From: Dehalococcoidia bacterium
GTDB taxonomy: Bacteria; Chloroflexota; Dehalococcoidia; Lucifugimonadales; Australimonadaceae
Reading direction: 5' to 3'
NCBI GenBank assembly: GCA_965249325.1
Contig: CBDFLP010000012.1
Coordinates: 73,555 to 137,554 of the forward strand
DNA: 64,000 nt
How positions within the stretch are numbered: the first letter of the stretch is position 1; each line of letters opens with the position of its first letter. This document shows positions 29,845 through 39,017 of this stretch, in pieces. Below the pieces are notes generated by a model, which was given only the letters and a program-made list of their open reading frames with translations, was not told the DNA's origin and did no database searches. A program made the position numbers and the translations under genes.

Positions 29845-31504
29845 TCACCCCGCCCCGAGAGTTGCCCCGGTCGTCGCGGCGATTGCCTGGCAGAACGGCA
29901 GATCACTAGTCGTGAGAGTCACCCAGCTGGGCTTGCAAGCTGGCCGGTATGCACCCGCTTAGCTGGTTGTCAGGGATGGCCAGCTCGCTCACGTTGGCGA
30001 GATTGTCCAGGGCCGGCGGTATCGGCCTGCCCAATTGGTTGGCATGGAGGAACAACGTGCGCAGGTTGGCGAGATTGCCCAGGTCCGGGGGTATCGGCCC
30101 GCTCAATTGGTTGGCATTGAGGTCCAACGTGCTCAGGTCGGCGAGATTGCCCAGGTCCGGGGGTATCGGCCCGCTTAGCTGGTTGGCATTGAGGTCCAAC
30201 GTGCGCAGGTTGGCGAGATTGCCCAGGTCCGGCGGTATCGGCCCGCTCAATTGGTTGGATTCGAGGGACAGCCCCTCAACGCGGCCATCGTCATTCGTGG
30301 TGACACCGTACCAATCGCCGAGAGGGGCGTCGCTCAGCCAATTGGCGTTGTTCGTCCAGTCCGGGCCGTTCGTGGCGTTGTAGAGCGCGATGAAGACGGC
30401 CCTGTCCGTCGTCGCGGCGATTGCCTGGCAGAACGGCAGATCACTGTCGTGGGAGTCACCCAGCTGGGCTTGCAAGCTGGCCGGTATGCACCCGCTCAGC
30501 TGGTTGCCACTGAGGTTCAACGAGCTCAGGTTGGCGAGATTGCCCAGCTCCGGCGGTATCGGCCCGCTTAGCTGGTTGTCATTGAGCCACAGCCCTATCA
30601 GGTTGGCGAGATTGCCCAGTTCCGGCGGTATCGGCCCGCTCAATTGGTTGTCATGGAGGTATAACACGCTCAGGTTGGCGAGATTGCCCAGGTTCGGCGG
30701 TATTGGCCCGCTCAATTGGTTGTCCCAGAGGACAGCAGCTGCAGGTTGGCGAGGTTGCCCAGCTCCGGCGGTATCGGCCCGCTCAGCTGGTTGCCACCGA
30801 GGCGCAGATCGCTCAGGTTGGCGAGATTGCCCAGGTCCGGCGGTATCGGCCCGCTTAGCTGGTTGACAGCGAGGAACAGCCCCTCAACGCGGCCATCGTC
30901 ATTCGTGGTCACACCGTACCAATCGCCGAGAGGGGCGTCGCTCAGCCAATTGGCGTTGTTCGTCCAGTCCGGGCCGTTCGTGGCGTTGTAGAGCGCGATG
31001 AGGACGGCCCTGTCCGTCGTCGCGGGCGTCGGCGCGCCGATGGTGACGGGGGTGCTCACGAACCATTGATCGAGAGGCGGCTCAGCAGGGAGGAACCGGT
31101 TGCGCGGGACGATTCGGGTGCTCCAGCCGTTGCTTTCGCGCTGCTGGAGGGCGAACTCGGTGCGCCCGTCTTGCAGGAGCTGGGCGGTAATGCGGACTTC
31201 GATCCCGCCACCGCTCTCGCCGCCGCTCTCGGGCTGCAGCATAGTCTGTGCTGCGGTTGTGACGGGAATGCTGAATAGCCATCGGTTGACTGGCGGCTCC
31301 GCGGGGAGGAAGCGGGCGCGCGGAGCGATTCGCTCGCTCCAGCCGCCTCCTTGCCGCTGCTGGATGGCGAACTCGGTGCGCCCGTCTTGCAGGCGCTGCA
31401 CGGCGGACTTCGACCTCGCCAGCACTTTGGGCCTGCGCGACCATCGTGGAGGAGTCGGCGGCGGCGATAATCAGCAGGACGACGACGGCAGCGTTCTTCA
31501 GCAT
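29845..31504 (-). pseudogene. Secreted leucine-rich-repeat protein (plant-type 24-aa LRR), frameshifted
   Basis: Signal peptide MLKNAAVVVLLII after GGAGG. Two about 55-aa N-terminal repeats. Two cap+LRR modules (LSGPIPPxLGNLANLxxLxLxxNQ). Indels near 31403, 30730 and 29908. Confidence 0.85.
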
Positions 31505-31573
31505 GGGACCTCCCGGTGCAGCTGGAATTCGCCAGCACGGGGCGCATCCGTACCGGGGGCATCCTAATACTAC

Positions 31574-31651
31574 CCGCAGACGGAGTTGCTGTCCAAGTGC
31601 ATGGCGTACAACCTGCGGAGGGCGGACCGGCTCGTGCTCGCCGCCGCCTAA
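31574..31651 (+). pseudogene. Probable transposase C-terminal remnant
   Basis: Reads QTELLSKCMAYNLRRADRLVLAAA*, resembling the AYNL(K/R)R tail of IS5/IS1182-type DDE transposases. Ends about 140 bp before the right IR. Confidence 0.55.
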
Positions 31652-31837
31652 TCGCTGGGGGCGGCGGAGGCCCCGGAAGGCCGTGAGAACCAGGGGCAAC
31701 GGGGGAGGAACGACCCGCCACCGGCCGCCATCAGACCCCTCAACCGCCTGTCGAACCCCACATTCCAACCGAACGGCAGCTCAGGAAACATTACGCAAAG
31801 GTCTCCCAAACGGGGGAGAGGAATTGCCCAGGCAAAA

Positions 31838-34093
31838 CTAGTGGTCGCGCAGGGCTCGCCAGATGCGCTCGGGAGTGAGAGGGAGGTCTTTGACGCGAAC
31901 GCCGGTTGCGTTGAAGAGGGCGTTTGCGACGGCGGGGGCCACGGCGACGATGCCGCCTTCTCCGACGCCCTTCGCTCCGTAAGGCCCGGGGCCGTCGCCG
32001 TTCTCGATGAGCACGGTCTCAAAGACCTCCGGCAAGTCGGTGAATATGGGCACTCGATAGTCGATGAGGTTGGGGTTGAGGAGCTGGCCGCCCTCGTAGA
32101 GCATCTCCTCGAAGAGCGTGTGGCCGATGGCCTGCATTGCGGCCCCTTCGTCCTGTCCCTCGACCTGCTTCGGGTTGATGGCCTTGCCGGGGTCGGAAGC
32201 TGAGTAGTAACGGAGCAGCCGCAGCTCGCCGGTGGCGGTGTCCACTTCTATTTCGGCCGCGCCGATGCTGACCTCCCAGAAGACCGGGTCCATGCGGAGC
32301 CTGCCGCTCGGGTGCTTGGGCGTTACGTATCCCCTGCCGATCAGCTCGCCGCCGGAGCCGCCGAACATGTCCCGGACGAGCGCCGCGAACGTAACCGTCT
32401 CGCCCTTGAAGGTCACCTTCTCGTCTTCCGCCTCCAACTGCTCGGGGAAGGTCTCGAAGTACTCGGCCGCCAGCCTGATCACCTGCTCGCGTATATCGAC
32501 TGCGGCGTCGTGGACCGCCAGGCCCATGAGCGTCGTCGACCTGCTGGAGCCGGTCGAACGGTCGAACGGGACCGCGTCCGTGTCCGACCCGATGACTCGG
32601 ACCTTCTCGTAGGGGATGCGTAGCTCCTCGGCGGCGATCTGCGCCATCGCCGAGCGGGACCCCTGTCCCATCTCGGCGCTGCCGATGTAGATGGTCGCGC
32701 TGCCGTCGGCATGCAGGCGGGCCAGGGACGTCGATGTGGGGCTGGCCCCCGAGTTGGTGACGCTGCACGCGAATCCAATGCCGCGCTTTACGCCCGGCGG
32801 CGTGGGAGCGGGCGTGTACGACGACCAGCCGAACTCTTCGGCGACCAGGCGGAGGGAGGGTTCCAGGCTGCCCTCGATGGGCCGCTTGCCGCGCCGGACC
32901 TCTTCGCCCTGCGGGACGAGGTTCTTAATGCGCAGCTCGACCGGGTCCATGCCGAGGGCGGCGGCGATGATGTCGATCTGGGACTCGCCCGCCCAGACGG
33001 CCTGCGGGCCGCCGATGGACCGGTAGGAGCCTGCGGGCGTGCTATTCGTGAAGACGCCGTAGGACTTTGTGCGGACGTGCGCCAGCTTGTAGGGGCCGGG
33101 CATACGGTCCGCGATGCGCTCCGTCACGCGGACGCCGTTGTCGGTGTAGCCGCCCGTGTCCACGTAGGCGACGCACTCTCGCGCGACGATCAGTCCGTCC
33201 TGCATGACCCCCGTCCGAATCGTCGCCTTGGCGGCGTGACGGCGAACGGTGCGCATCGCCTCCTCGACGGTCAGGGCCAGCCTCACCGGCCTTCCAGCCT
33301 CCCTGCTCAACGCCGTTACGACCGGCTCAATCTTCGTGTACGACTTGCTGCCGTAGCCGCCGCCAACGAACGGAGAGACGACCTGCACCTGGTCGAGCTG
33401 ACGCCGGAACAGCCGCGCGATCTCGGCCCTGACCAGGAACGGGTGCTGGGCCGACGTCCAAAGCCGGATACGGTCCGGCTCGTAGCTGGCGATGCAGGCG
33501 TGGGGCTCCATCGCATAGTGGTAGACCATCGGGAAAGTGAAAGTGTCCTCGAATACGTGGTCACAGCTACGGAACGCCGCATCGACGTCGCCCCACTCGT
33601 AGCCGTACTCGTGGCAGAGGTTGGAGTCGTGGATGGCGGCGCTGGAGGGGTCAAGCGCGGTCTCCAATCCCATCACCGTGGGGAGTTCCTTGTACTCCAC
33701 GTCCACCAACTCGACCGCCGCCTCGGCCGTGGTCAAGTCGACGGCGGCGATTGCGGCAATCGGCTCTCCTTGGAAGCGCACTTTGTCGATGGCGACAACG
33801 GGTCGGTCTTTCTTGTCGGAGCCGAAGTGGGTCTCCATGCCGACCAGCTCTGCGCTGGTGAGCACGGCGTAGACGCCCGGCAGCGCGCGGGCCTTGCTCG
33901 CGTCCACGCTCAGTATCCGCGCGTGCGGCAGCGGGCTCGTAACGAGCTTGGCGTAGGCCATCCCCGAGATCTGGATGTCCCCGGTGAACTGCGCGCGCCC
34001 GGAGAGCTTTTCGTCCGAGTCCACACGGCGGACCGCTTGGCCGACGGTCCGGAAGCCGCGCGCGGACTGTCCTGTGTTCGGCGAGCTAGTCAT
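31838..34093 (-). CDS. Xanthine dehydrogenase family molybdopterin-binding large subunit
   Basis: VGGGYGSK, GSYRSIGGPQ, EMGQG, GKAINP and AKGVGEGG motifs. Confidence 0.92.
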   Translation of the reverse strand: MTSSPNTGQSARGFRTVGQAVRRVDSDEKLSGRAQFTGDIQISGMAYAKLVTSPLPHARILSVDASKARALPGVYAVLTSAELVGMETHFGSDKKDRPVVAIDKVRFQGEPIAAIAAVDLTTAEAAVELVDVEYKELPTVMGLETALDPSSAAIHDSNLCHEYGYEWGDVDAAFRSCDHVFEDTFTFPMVYHYAMEPHACIASYEPDRIRLWTSAQHPFLVRAEIARLFRRQLDQVQVVSPFVGGGYGSKSYTKIEPVVTALSREAGRPVRLALTVEEAMRTVRRHAAKATIRTGVMQDGLIVARECVAYVDTGGYTDNGVRVTERIADRMPGPYKLAHVRTKSYGVFTNSTPAGSYRSIGGPQAVWAGESQIDIIAAALGMDPVELRIKNLVPQGEEVRRGKRPIEGSLEPSLRLVAEEFGWSSYTPAPTPPGVKRGIGFACSVTNSGASPTSTSLARLHADGSATIYIGSAEMGQGSRSAMAQIAAEELRIPYEKVRVIGSDTDAVPFDRSTGSSRSTTLMGLAVHDAAVDIREQVIRLAAEYFETFPEQLEAEDEKVTFKGETVTFAALVRDMFGGSGGELIGRGYVTPKHPSGRLRMDPVFWEVSIGAAEIEVDTATGELRLLRYYSASDPGKAINPKQVEGQDEGAAMQAIGHTLFEEMLYEGGQLLNPNLIDYRVPIFTDLPEVFETVLIENGDGPGPYGAKGVGEGGIVAVAPAVANALFNATGVRVKDLPLTPERIWRALRDH

Positions 34094-34572
34094 CGTCCAC
34101 CCTCCGCTGCTTGTAGCACAGCTTCGACGATCTTCTTGTATCCAGTGCAGCGGCAGAGGTTACCGCGCATGTAGTCCTTGATCTCGTCCTCGGAAGCCGC
34201 AGGGCGCGCGTCCAAGAGCGACTTCGCGGTGAGCAGCATTCCGGGCGTGCAATACCCGCACTGGAACGCGGCGTTATCGACGAACGCCTCGGTCAGCGGG
34301 CGGGCGTCCTCGTCCGCGGCGAGGCCTTCGATCGTCAGGACTGCCTTGTTCCGCGCCTCGAAGGCGGGCACGGTGCAGGAGCTCACGGCCTTGCCGTCGA
34401 GCAGGACGGTGCAGGCGCCGCACACTTGCAGGTCGCAGGAACGCTTTGCGCCGCGCATCTCGAACTTGTCGCGGAGCATGTCGATAAGCGCGGCCTGCGG
34501 CTCGACGACCGTCTCCACCGGCTTCCCGTTCAGCTCGAATGCGACGTTGACGCCCGGCACCTGCTCGCTCAC
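34090..34572 (-). CDS. 2Fe-2S small subunit (CoxS/CutS family)
   Basis: CDLQVCGAC, QCGYCTPG and NLCRCTGY motifs. Confidence 0.93.
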   Translation of the reverse strand: MSEQVPGVNVAFELNGKPVETVVEPQAALIDMLRDKFEMRGAKRSCDLQVCGACTVLLDGKAVSSCTVPAFEARNKAVLTIEGLAADEDARPLTEAFVDNAAFQCGYCTPGMLLTAKSLLDARPAASEDEIKDYMRGNLCRCTGYKKIVEAVLQAAEGGR

Positions 34573-35445
34573 CTACCTGCCTCCGTTCTTCGACAGCGCC
34601 GCGAGGAGCGCGCGTTCCACGAACACGCTCGTCAGGTGCTCTTTGTACTCCGCCGACCCGTGCAGGTCGGTGACGGCTTCCGCGTCTTCCGCCGCGAGAC
34701 GGCCGGCTTCTCTGAGCGCCGCCGACCCTTCGGTCAGCGCGCCGACGCCGACGCCCCTGAGCACGTCCTCGGAGCGAGTGAGCCGCGATGCGACCGGCGA
34801 GACGCAGCCGAGGGCAAGCCGCACGTCGGCGAGGACGCCGTCTCGAACGGAGAGCGCCGCCGCGACGCCCAAAGTTGGCCTGTGGTGATAGCCGAACTTC
34901 ATATAGGCCGCGCGCATGCCGCTCGGCGGCAGGGGTATGCGGACATCGACGAGCATCTCGTCGTCGGCCAGCGAGGTCTCGTAGGGGCCTGCCTGCAAAT
35001 CGGCCATGGCCGATTTGCGTACGCCAGACGGGCCGGCCACCGTGGCGGATGCTCCCAAGACCAGCAGTAGAGTGGCGGGGTCCGAGTGCGGCTCGGCGAA
35101 ACAGAGGTTGCCCGCAAGCGTTCCCACGTTCCGCACACGCACATTCGCGACGCTGTGCTCGACCTCGGCCAGCAGGGGCAGCCGTTCCTGAACGAGCGCG
35201 TCGTGCTCGATGTCGCTGTGCGTCGCCGCTGCGCCTATAACGAGCTCGTCGCCTTCCACTGCAATCTGGTCCAACCCCGGAATGCTCTTCACGTTGACAA
35301 GCGCGTCGTATTGGAGCAGGCCGGTCTTCATGGCCAGCAGCAGCTCGGTGCCACCCGCATAGAGTTTCGCTGCGCCGCCGAGCTCCGTGAGCAGCTCAAC
35401 AGCTTCTTCAACGGTGGTGGGTTCGTGTAGTTGAAAGGGTTTCAT
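34573..35445 (-). CDS. FAD-binding medium subunit (CoxM/CutM family)
   Basis: AGGTELL, VRNVGTLAGNL and DLHGSAEYK motifs. Confidence 0.92.
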   Translation of the reverse strand: MKPFQLHEPTTVEEAVELLTELGGAAKLYAGGTELLLAMKTGLLQYDALVNVKSIPGLDQIAVEGDELVIGAAATHSDIEHDALVQERLPLLAEVEHSVANVRVRNVGTLAGNLCFAEPHSDPATLLLVLGASATVAGPSGVRKSAMADLQAGPYETSLADDEMLVDVRIPLPPSGMRAAYMKFGYHHRPTLGVAAALSVRDGVLADVRLALGCVSPVASRLTRSEDVLRGVGVGALTEGSAALREAGRLAAEDAEAVTDLHGSAEYKEHLTSVFVERALLAALSKNGGR

Positions 35446-35588
35446 CGCGCCACGCCAGGCGCGAGCGATGCTATCCGCGCCGGCAAGCGGGGGCAAGGGA
35501 GGAGGTGGCGTGCGTACCTCCGACGGTTGACGCCTCGCTTGCGTCTGCCTACCCTCAGCGCCCATTACTCTGCACGAGAGCGCCTGAC

Positions 35589-36407
35589 ATGACCACTGCC
35601 ACGCCCCCAACCTCCCATACCGTGAAGGCCCACGGCCTCGACCTGTACTACCTCGATTGGGGGAACCCGGGCGCGCCGCCATTGCTGCTGCTTCACGGAT
35701 TGCAGGACTCCGCCGCGCTCTGGGCCGCCTTTGCTGAGTCGGTCTGCGGCGACTTCCACGTGGTCGCGCTGGACCACCGAGGGCACGGCGACAGCCCGCG
35801 GGCTAAGACGTACCGCCTCGCCGACTATGTCGCGGAGGCGAAGGAGGTCGTTGAGCGCCTTGGGCTGGCCGGGGTCACGCTGATTGGCCACTCGGCGGGC
35901 AGCAAGAACGCGTGGATGTGCATCGCCGAGCATCCGGGTATCGCTTCGAGGCTCGTCATCACGGACATGGACCCGGACTCGTACAACCCCGGCTCGGTCG
36001 CCATGATCTCGCGGTACAAGGGCGAGTCCGACGACTACGCCGACTTCGACGCGGTCGTCGAGCGCTTGCGCTCCCGTCAGCCGAACGCGAGCGAGGAGGA
36101 GCTGCGGCGGGACGTCGCTGCGCTGGCGAAGCCGACAGACAACGGCGGCTACACCTGGAAGCGCAGCCGCGACGTGGTGAGTCAGTACGACCGGCCTGAC
36201 GTGTGGGACCAGCTGGCGCGGGTCGGCGTCCCAACGCTCATCGTCCGGGGAGCGGACAGCACGCTGCTCCGGCACGACGTGGCGGTCCGCATGGAGGCGG
36301 CGATCCCCGACTGCCGCCTTGTCGAGATTCCGGACGGGGGGCACTGGGTGCATCTCGAACAACCGGAGGCTTACGCGGCGACCGTGCGGGCGTTCCTGTT
36401 GGAGTGA
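35589..36407 (+). CDS. Alpha/beta hydrolase
   Basis: LLHG, DHRGHGDS, GHSAG nucleophile and GHWVH. Confidence 0.9.
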   Translation: MTTATPPTSHTVKAHGLDLYYLDWGNPGAPPLLLLHGLQDSAALWAAFAESVCGDFHVVALDHRGHGDSPRAKTYRLADYVAEAKEVVERLGLAGVTLIGHSAGSKNAWMCIAEHPGIASRLVITDMDPDSYNPGSVAMISRYKGESDDYADFDAVVERLRSRQPNASEEELRRDVAALAKPTDNGGYTWKRSRDVVSQYDRPDVWDQLARVGVPTLIVRGADSTLLRHDVAVRMEAAIPDCRLVEIPDGGHWVHLEQPEAYAATVRAFLLE

Positions 36408-36470
36408 GTGTGCTTGCATAATGCTTGCAATACTGGCATTGTGATTGCATCTTCGCTTAGGAGAGACGGT

Positions 36471-36719
36471 ATGGCCGTGCAGATCACCATCAGGAATGTG
36501 AGCGAAGAGGTGCGCAATCAGTTGGCGGCGCGCGCCGCGCTGAAGCACCAGTCTATGCAGCAGTTCCTCCACGAGAAGTTGGAGGAACTCGCGTCGAAGC
36601 CTTCGCACGAGATGCTGCTCGACCGGATACGCCAGCGCGTGAATGCGTCAGGCAGAGGAGTCTCTCGAGAGACCATCTTGGCAACGCTGGATGCCGACAA
36701 GGCACATGATCGTCGTTGA
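36471..36719 (+). CDS. Ribbon-helix-helix antitoxin (FitA/VapB-like)
   Basis: MAVQITIRNVSEEVRNQLAARAA...SMQQFL. Overlaps the downstream PIN gene. Confidence 0.8.
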   Translation: MAVQITIRNVSEEVRNQLAARAALKHQSMQQFLHEKLEELASKPSHEMLLDRIRQRVNASGRGVSRETILATLDADKAHDRR

Positions 36720-37104
36720 CGCTTCAGCATTCATATCCGCTGTGACCGGCAGGAATCCGGATGGCGATTGGGTGAACCGACAGCTTCAGAATCAGCGGAT
36801 ACTCAGCACCCAGATGATGCCCGCAGAAGTCTACAACGGTATCAGGCGCGTGGAGTTGGCGGGTGAGGTCACGTCGCCGGACGCCATGAGCGCGCGAGAG
36901 GAATTCTCCGAGTTTAGGCTGGAGCTGTTCCCCTTTGCCCCGTACGCCCGGCGGGTATGGGCGCTGCGAAACAACCTGACCAGTTACGACGCTTGGTACG
37001 TGGCGCTCGCGGAAGCACTCGACTGCCCGCTCGTAACTCTCGATGAACGGCTCGGCCGCGCCGCCGGCCCCACCTGCACGTTCATTCTCCCTCCGTCCGC
37101 GTGA
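36706..37104 (+). CDS. vapC: PIN-domain toxin (VapC family)
   Basis: MIVVDASA, YDAWYVALAE and LVTLDERL motifs. Confidence 0.88.
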   Translation: MIVVDASAFISAVTGRNPDGDWVNRQLQNQRILSTQMMPAEVYNGIRRVELAGEVTSPDAMSAREEFSEFRLELFPFAPYARRVWALRNNLTSYDAWYVALAEALDCPLVTLDERLGRAAGPTCTFILPPSA

Positions 37105-37153
37105 CCAGCCTTCGTCTCCCCATGTCGCGCGCCGCTCTGGTAGGCTCTAGCCC

Positions 37154-38149
37154 ATGGAGTTTGGCCTCTACCTGCGGTCTTTCCTGACCGATCGCGCACG
37201 TCCGTTGTACGAGCAGATCGACGAACTTGTGGAGATTTGTCACGTTGCTCGAGACGCCGGGTTCTCGGCGGTGACGATGCCGCAGCACTGGGTGTCGCAT
37301 CCCACGATCTGGCCTCAGCCGTTCCAAGTGCTTGCGCGCCTCGCGCCCGAGACGGGCGACATGCGCCTGCTCACCGGCATCATCCTGCTGCCTCTCCACA
37401 ATCCGGTGCAGATTGCTGAGGACGCGGCTACGCTCGATCACATATGTCACGGGAGATTCACGCTGGGCGTCGGCATCGGGTACAGAGAGACCGAGCTCGA
37501 GGCCGTCGGCGCGACCAGGAAGGACCGAGCGCCTCGTCTCGCTGAGTCCATCGAGCTGATGAAGAAGCTGTGGTCCGGCGAGGAGGTCAATCACGCGGGC
37601 CGCTACTGGAGCGTTCATGAAGCCCGTATGGGGTTCCTGCCAGTCCAGCAGCCGCATCCCCCCATTTGGATAGCTTGCCAGAGCGACGGCGCTGTCCGTC
37701 GCTCGGCTCGCATCGCGGACGCCTGCTACATCGCTCCTCAAGTTGGTTTTGACGATCTTCCGGCGCTCATCGGCGTCTATCGAGAGGAGCGCGAGGCGAA
37801 CGGCCAGCCGGCCGGGCGCGTGACAGTCTCCCGAGGCGTGGCTTTCGCCAAGGACCGTTCGAGCGCTATCGCCGAGGCGCAGGCCGCCGCCGAGTCCTCT
37901 TACCGCATGTACAGCACCTGGAACATGCAGGAGGACACGATGGTGCGGATCAATATAGACAGCGATTCAATGGTCGACGATTGGGCGGTGGCCGGGAATA
38001 GCGGCGATTGCCTGGAACAGTTCGGCCGGCTCGCGGAGCAAGGCGTCAGCTACGTGGGCATGACTTTCTATAACTTGCCGAAGACGCTCGAAGCGCGCAA
38101 GGAGTACCTCCTCAGCTTTGCCGAGGACGTTATCCGGAAGTCGGCCTAA
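37154..38149 (+). CDS. LLM class flavin-dependent oxidoreductase
   Basis: MEFGLY, LPLHNPVQIAEDAATLD, GVGIGYR and PVQQPHPPIW motifs. Confidence 0.92.
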   Translation: MEFGLYLRSFLTDRARPLYEQIDELVEICHVARDAGFSAVTMPQHWVSHPTIWPQPFQVLARLAPETGDMRLLTGIILLPLHNPVQIAEDAATLDHICHGRFTLGVGIGYRETELEAVGATRKDRAPRLAESIELMKKLWSGEEVNHAGRYWSVHEARMGFLPVQQPHPPIWIACQSDGAVRRSARIADACYIAPQVGFDDLPALIGVYREEREANGQPAGRVTVSRGVAFAKDRSSAIAEAQAAAESSYRMYSTWNMQEDTMVRINIDSDSMVDDWAVAGNSGDCLEQFGRLAEQGVSYVGMTFYNLPKTLEARKEYLLSFAEDVIRKSA

Positions 38150-38153
38150 CGCT

Positions 38154-39017
38154 ATGCAGCCCTTCGAATACGTCCGTCCGTCCACCGTCGCCGAAGCGAC
38201 GAAGTTCCTGGCCAAACACGAGGACGAATCCCTCGTCCTCGGCGGGGGTAGCGCTGCCGTCGTTATGCTGGAGCTTGGCGTCGTCCGACCGGCGTACGTC
38301 GTTGATTTGGGGGGTATCGAGGAGCTCAACGGAATCGAGCGGAACGGCAGCCTGCACATTGGCGCGCTCACGCGAATCCGCACGCTGGAGCTGGACCCCA
38401 ACATCCGGCGCGACTACGGGCTTCTGGCGGAGGCCGCGTCGCAGGTCGCCAACGTGCGCGTCAGGAACGTCGCGACCGTTGGAGGGGCAGTCGCTTACGG
38501 CGAGCCGCAGACGGACACGCCCACCGCTTTGACGGCGCTCGGGGCTACGGTGCGAATCGCCGGACCCGGAGGCAGCCGCGCGGCGCCGATCGAGGAGTTC
38601 TACCTAGGACCGTACGAGACGGTGCTGCGTCCAGGGGAGCTAGTGTCGGGTATCGATACGCCTCGTCCGGCGCCCGGCTCCGGCGGGAGCCATCTCAAGT
38701 TCACCGTTGGCTCTCCGGAGAACAAGCCGGTTGCGAATGCGTCCGCACTGGTGACGGTGGACGCCTCTTCCGGAGTGTGCAGCGCGGCTCGCGTCGTCAT
38801 GGGGGCTACGGGGCCAGTGCCCGTTGTCGCTCAGGCCGTCGCCGGGCTCGTCGGTGATGTCCCGTCCCCGGCGCGGGTGGCGGAGGCCGCCGCCGCCGCC
38901 GCTGAGGAGACCGACCCCATCGAAGACCTGCGGGGGCCAGTCTGGTACAAGCGTAGGATCACGAAGGTGTTGGTGGAGCGAGCACTGACATGTGCGCTGC
39001 AACGGGCCCAAGAGTAA
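38154..39017 (+). CDS. FAD-binding medium subunit (CoxM family)
   Basis: PFEYVRP, VRNVATVGG and DLRGPVWYK motifs. Confidence 0.9.
   Translation: MQPFEYVRPSTVAEATKFLAKHEDESLVLGGGSAAVVMLELGVVRPAYVVDLGGIEELNGIERNGSLHIGALTRIRTLELDPNIRRDYGLLAEAASQVANVRVRNVATVGGAVAYGEPQTDTPTALTALGATVRIAGPGGSRAAPIEEFYLGPYETVLRPGELVSGIDTPRPAPGSGGSHLKFTVGSPENKPVANASALVTVDASSGVCSAARVVMGATGPVPVVAQAVAGLVGDVPSPARVAEAAAAAAEETDPIEDLRGPVWYKRRITKVLVERALTCALQRAQE

Larger units (their letters stand above)
29758..31805. mobile_element. Non-autonomous IS-derived cassette (IS5/IS1106-like ends) carrying an LRR passenger gene
   Basis: Left end GAGACCTTGCGTAA (29758-29771), right end TTACGCAAAGGTCTC (31791-31805). Flanked by direct repeat CCAAACGG at 29750-29757 and 31806-31813. 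Confidence 0.8.

Noticed and set aside
29900-30900. 72-bp periodic repeats as a CRISPR array
   Set aside because: They encode 24-aa LRR units. There are no unique spacers and no cas genes.
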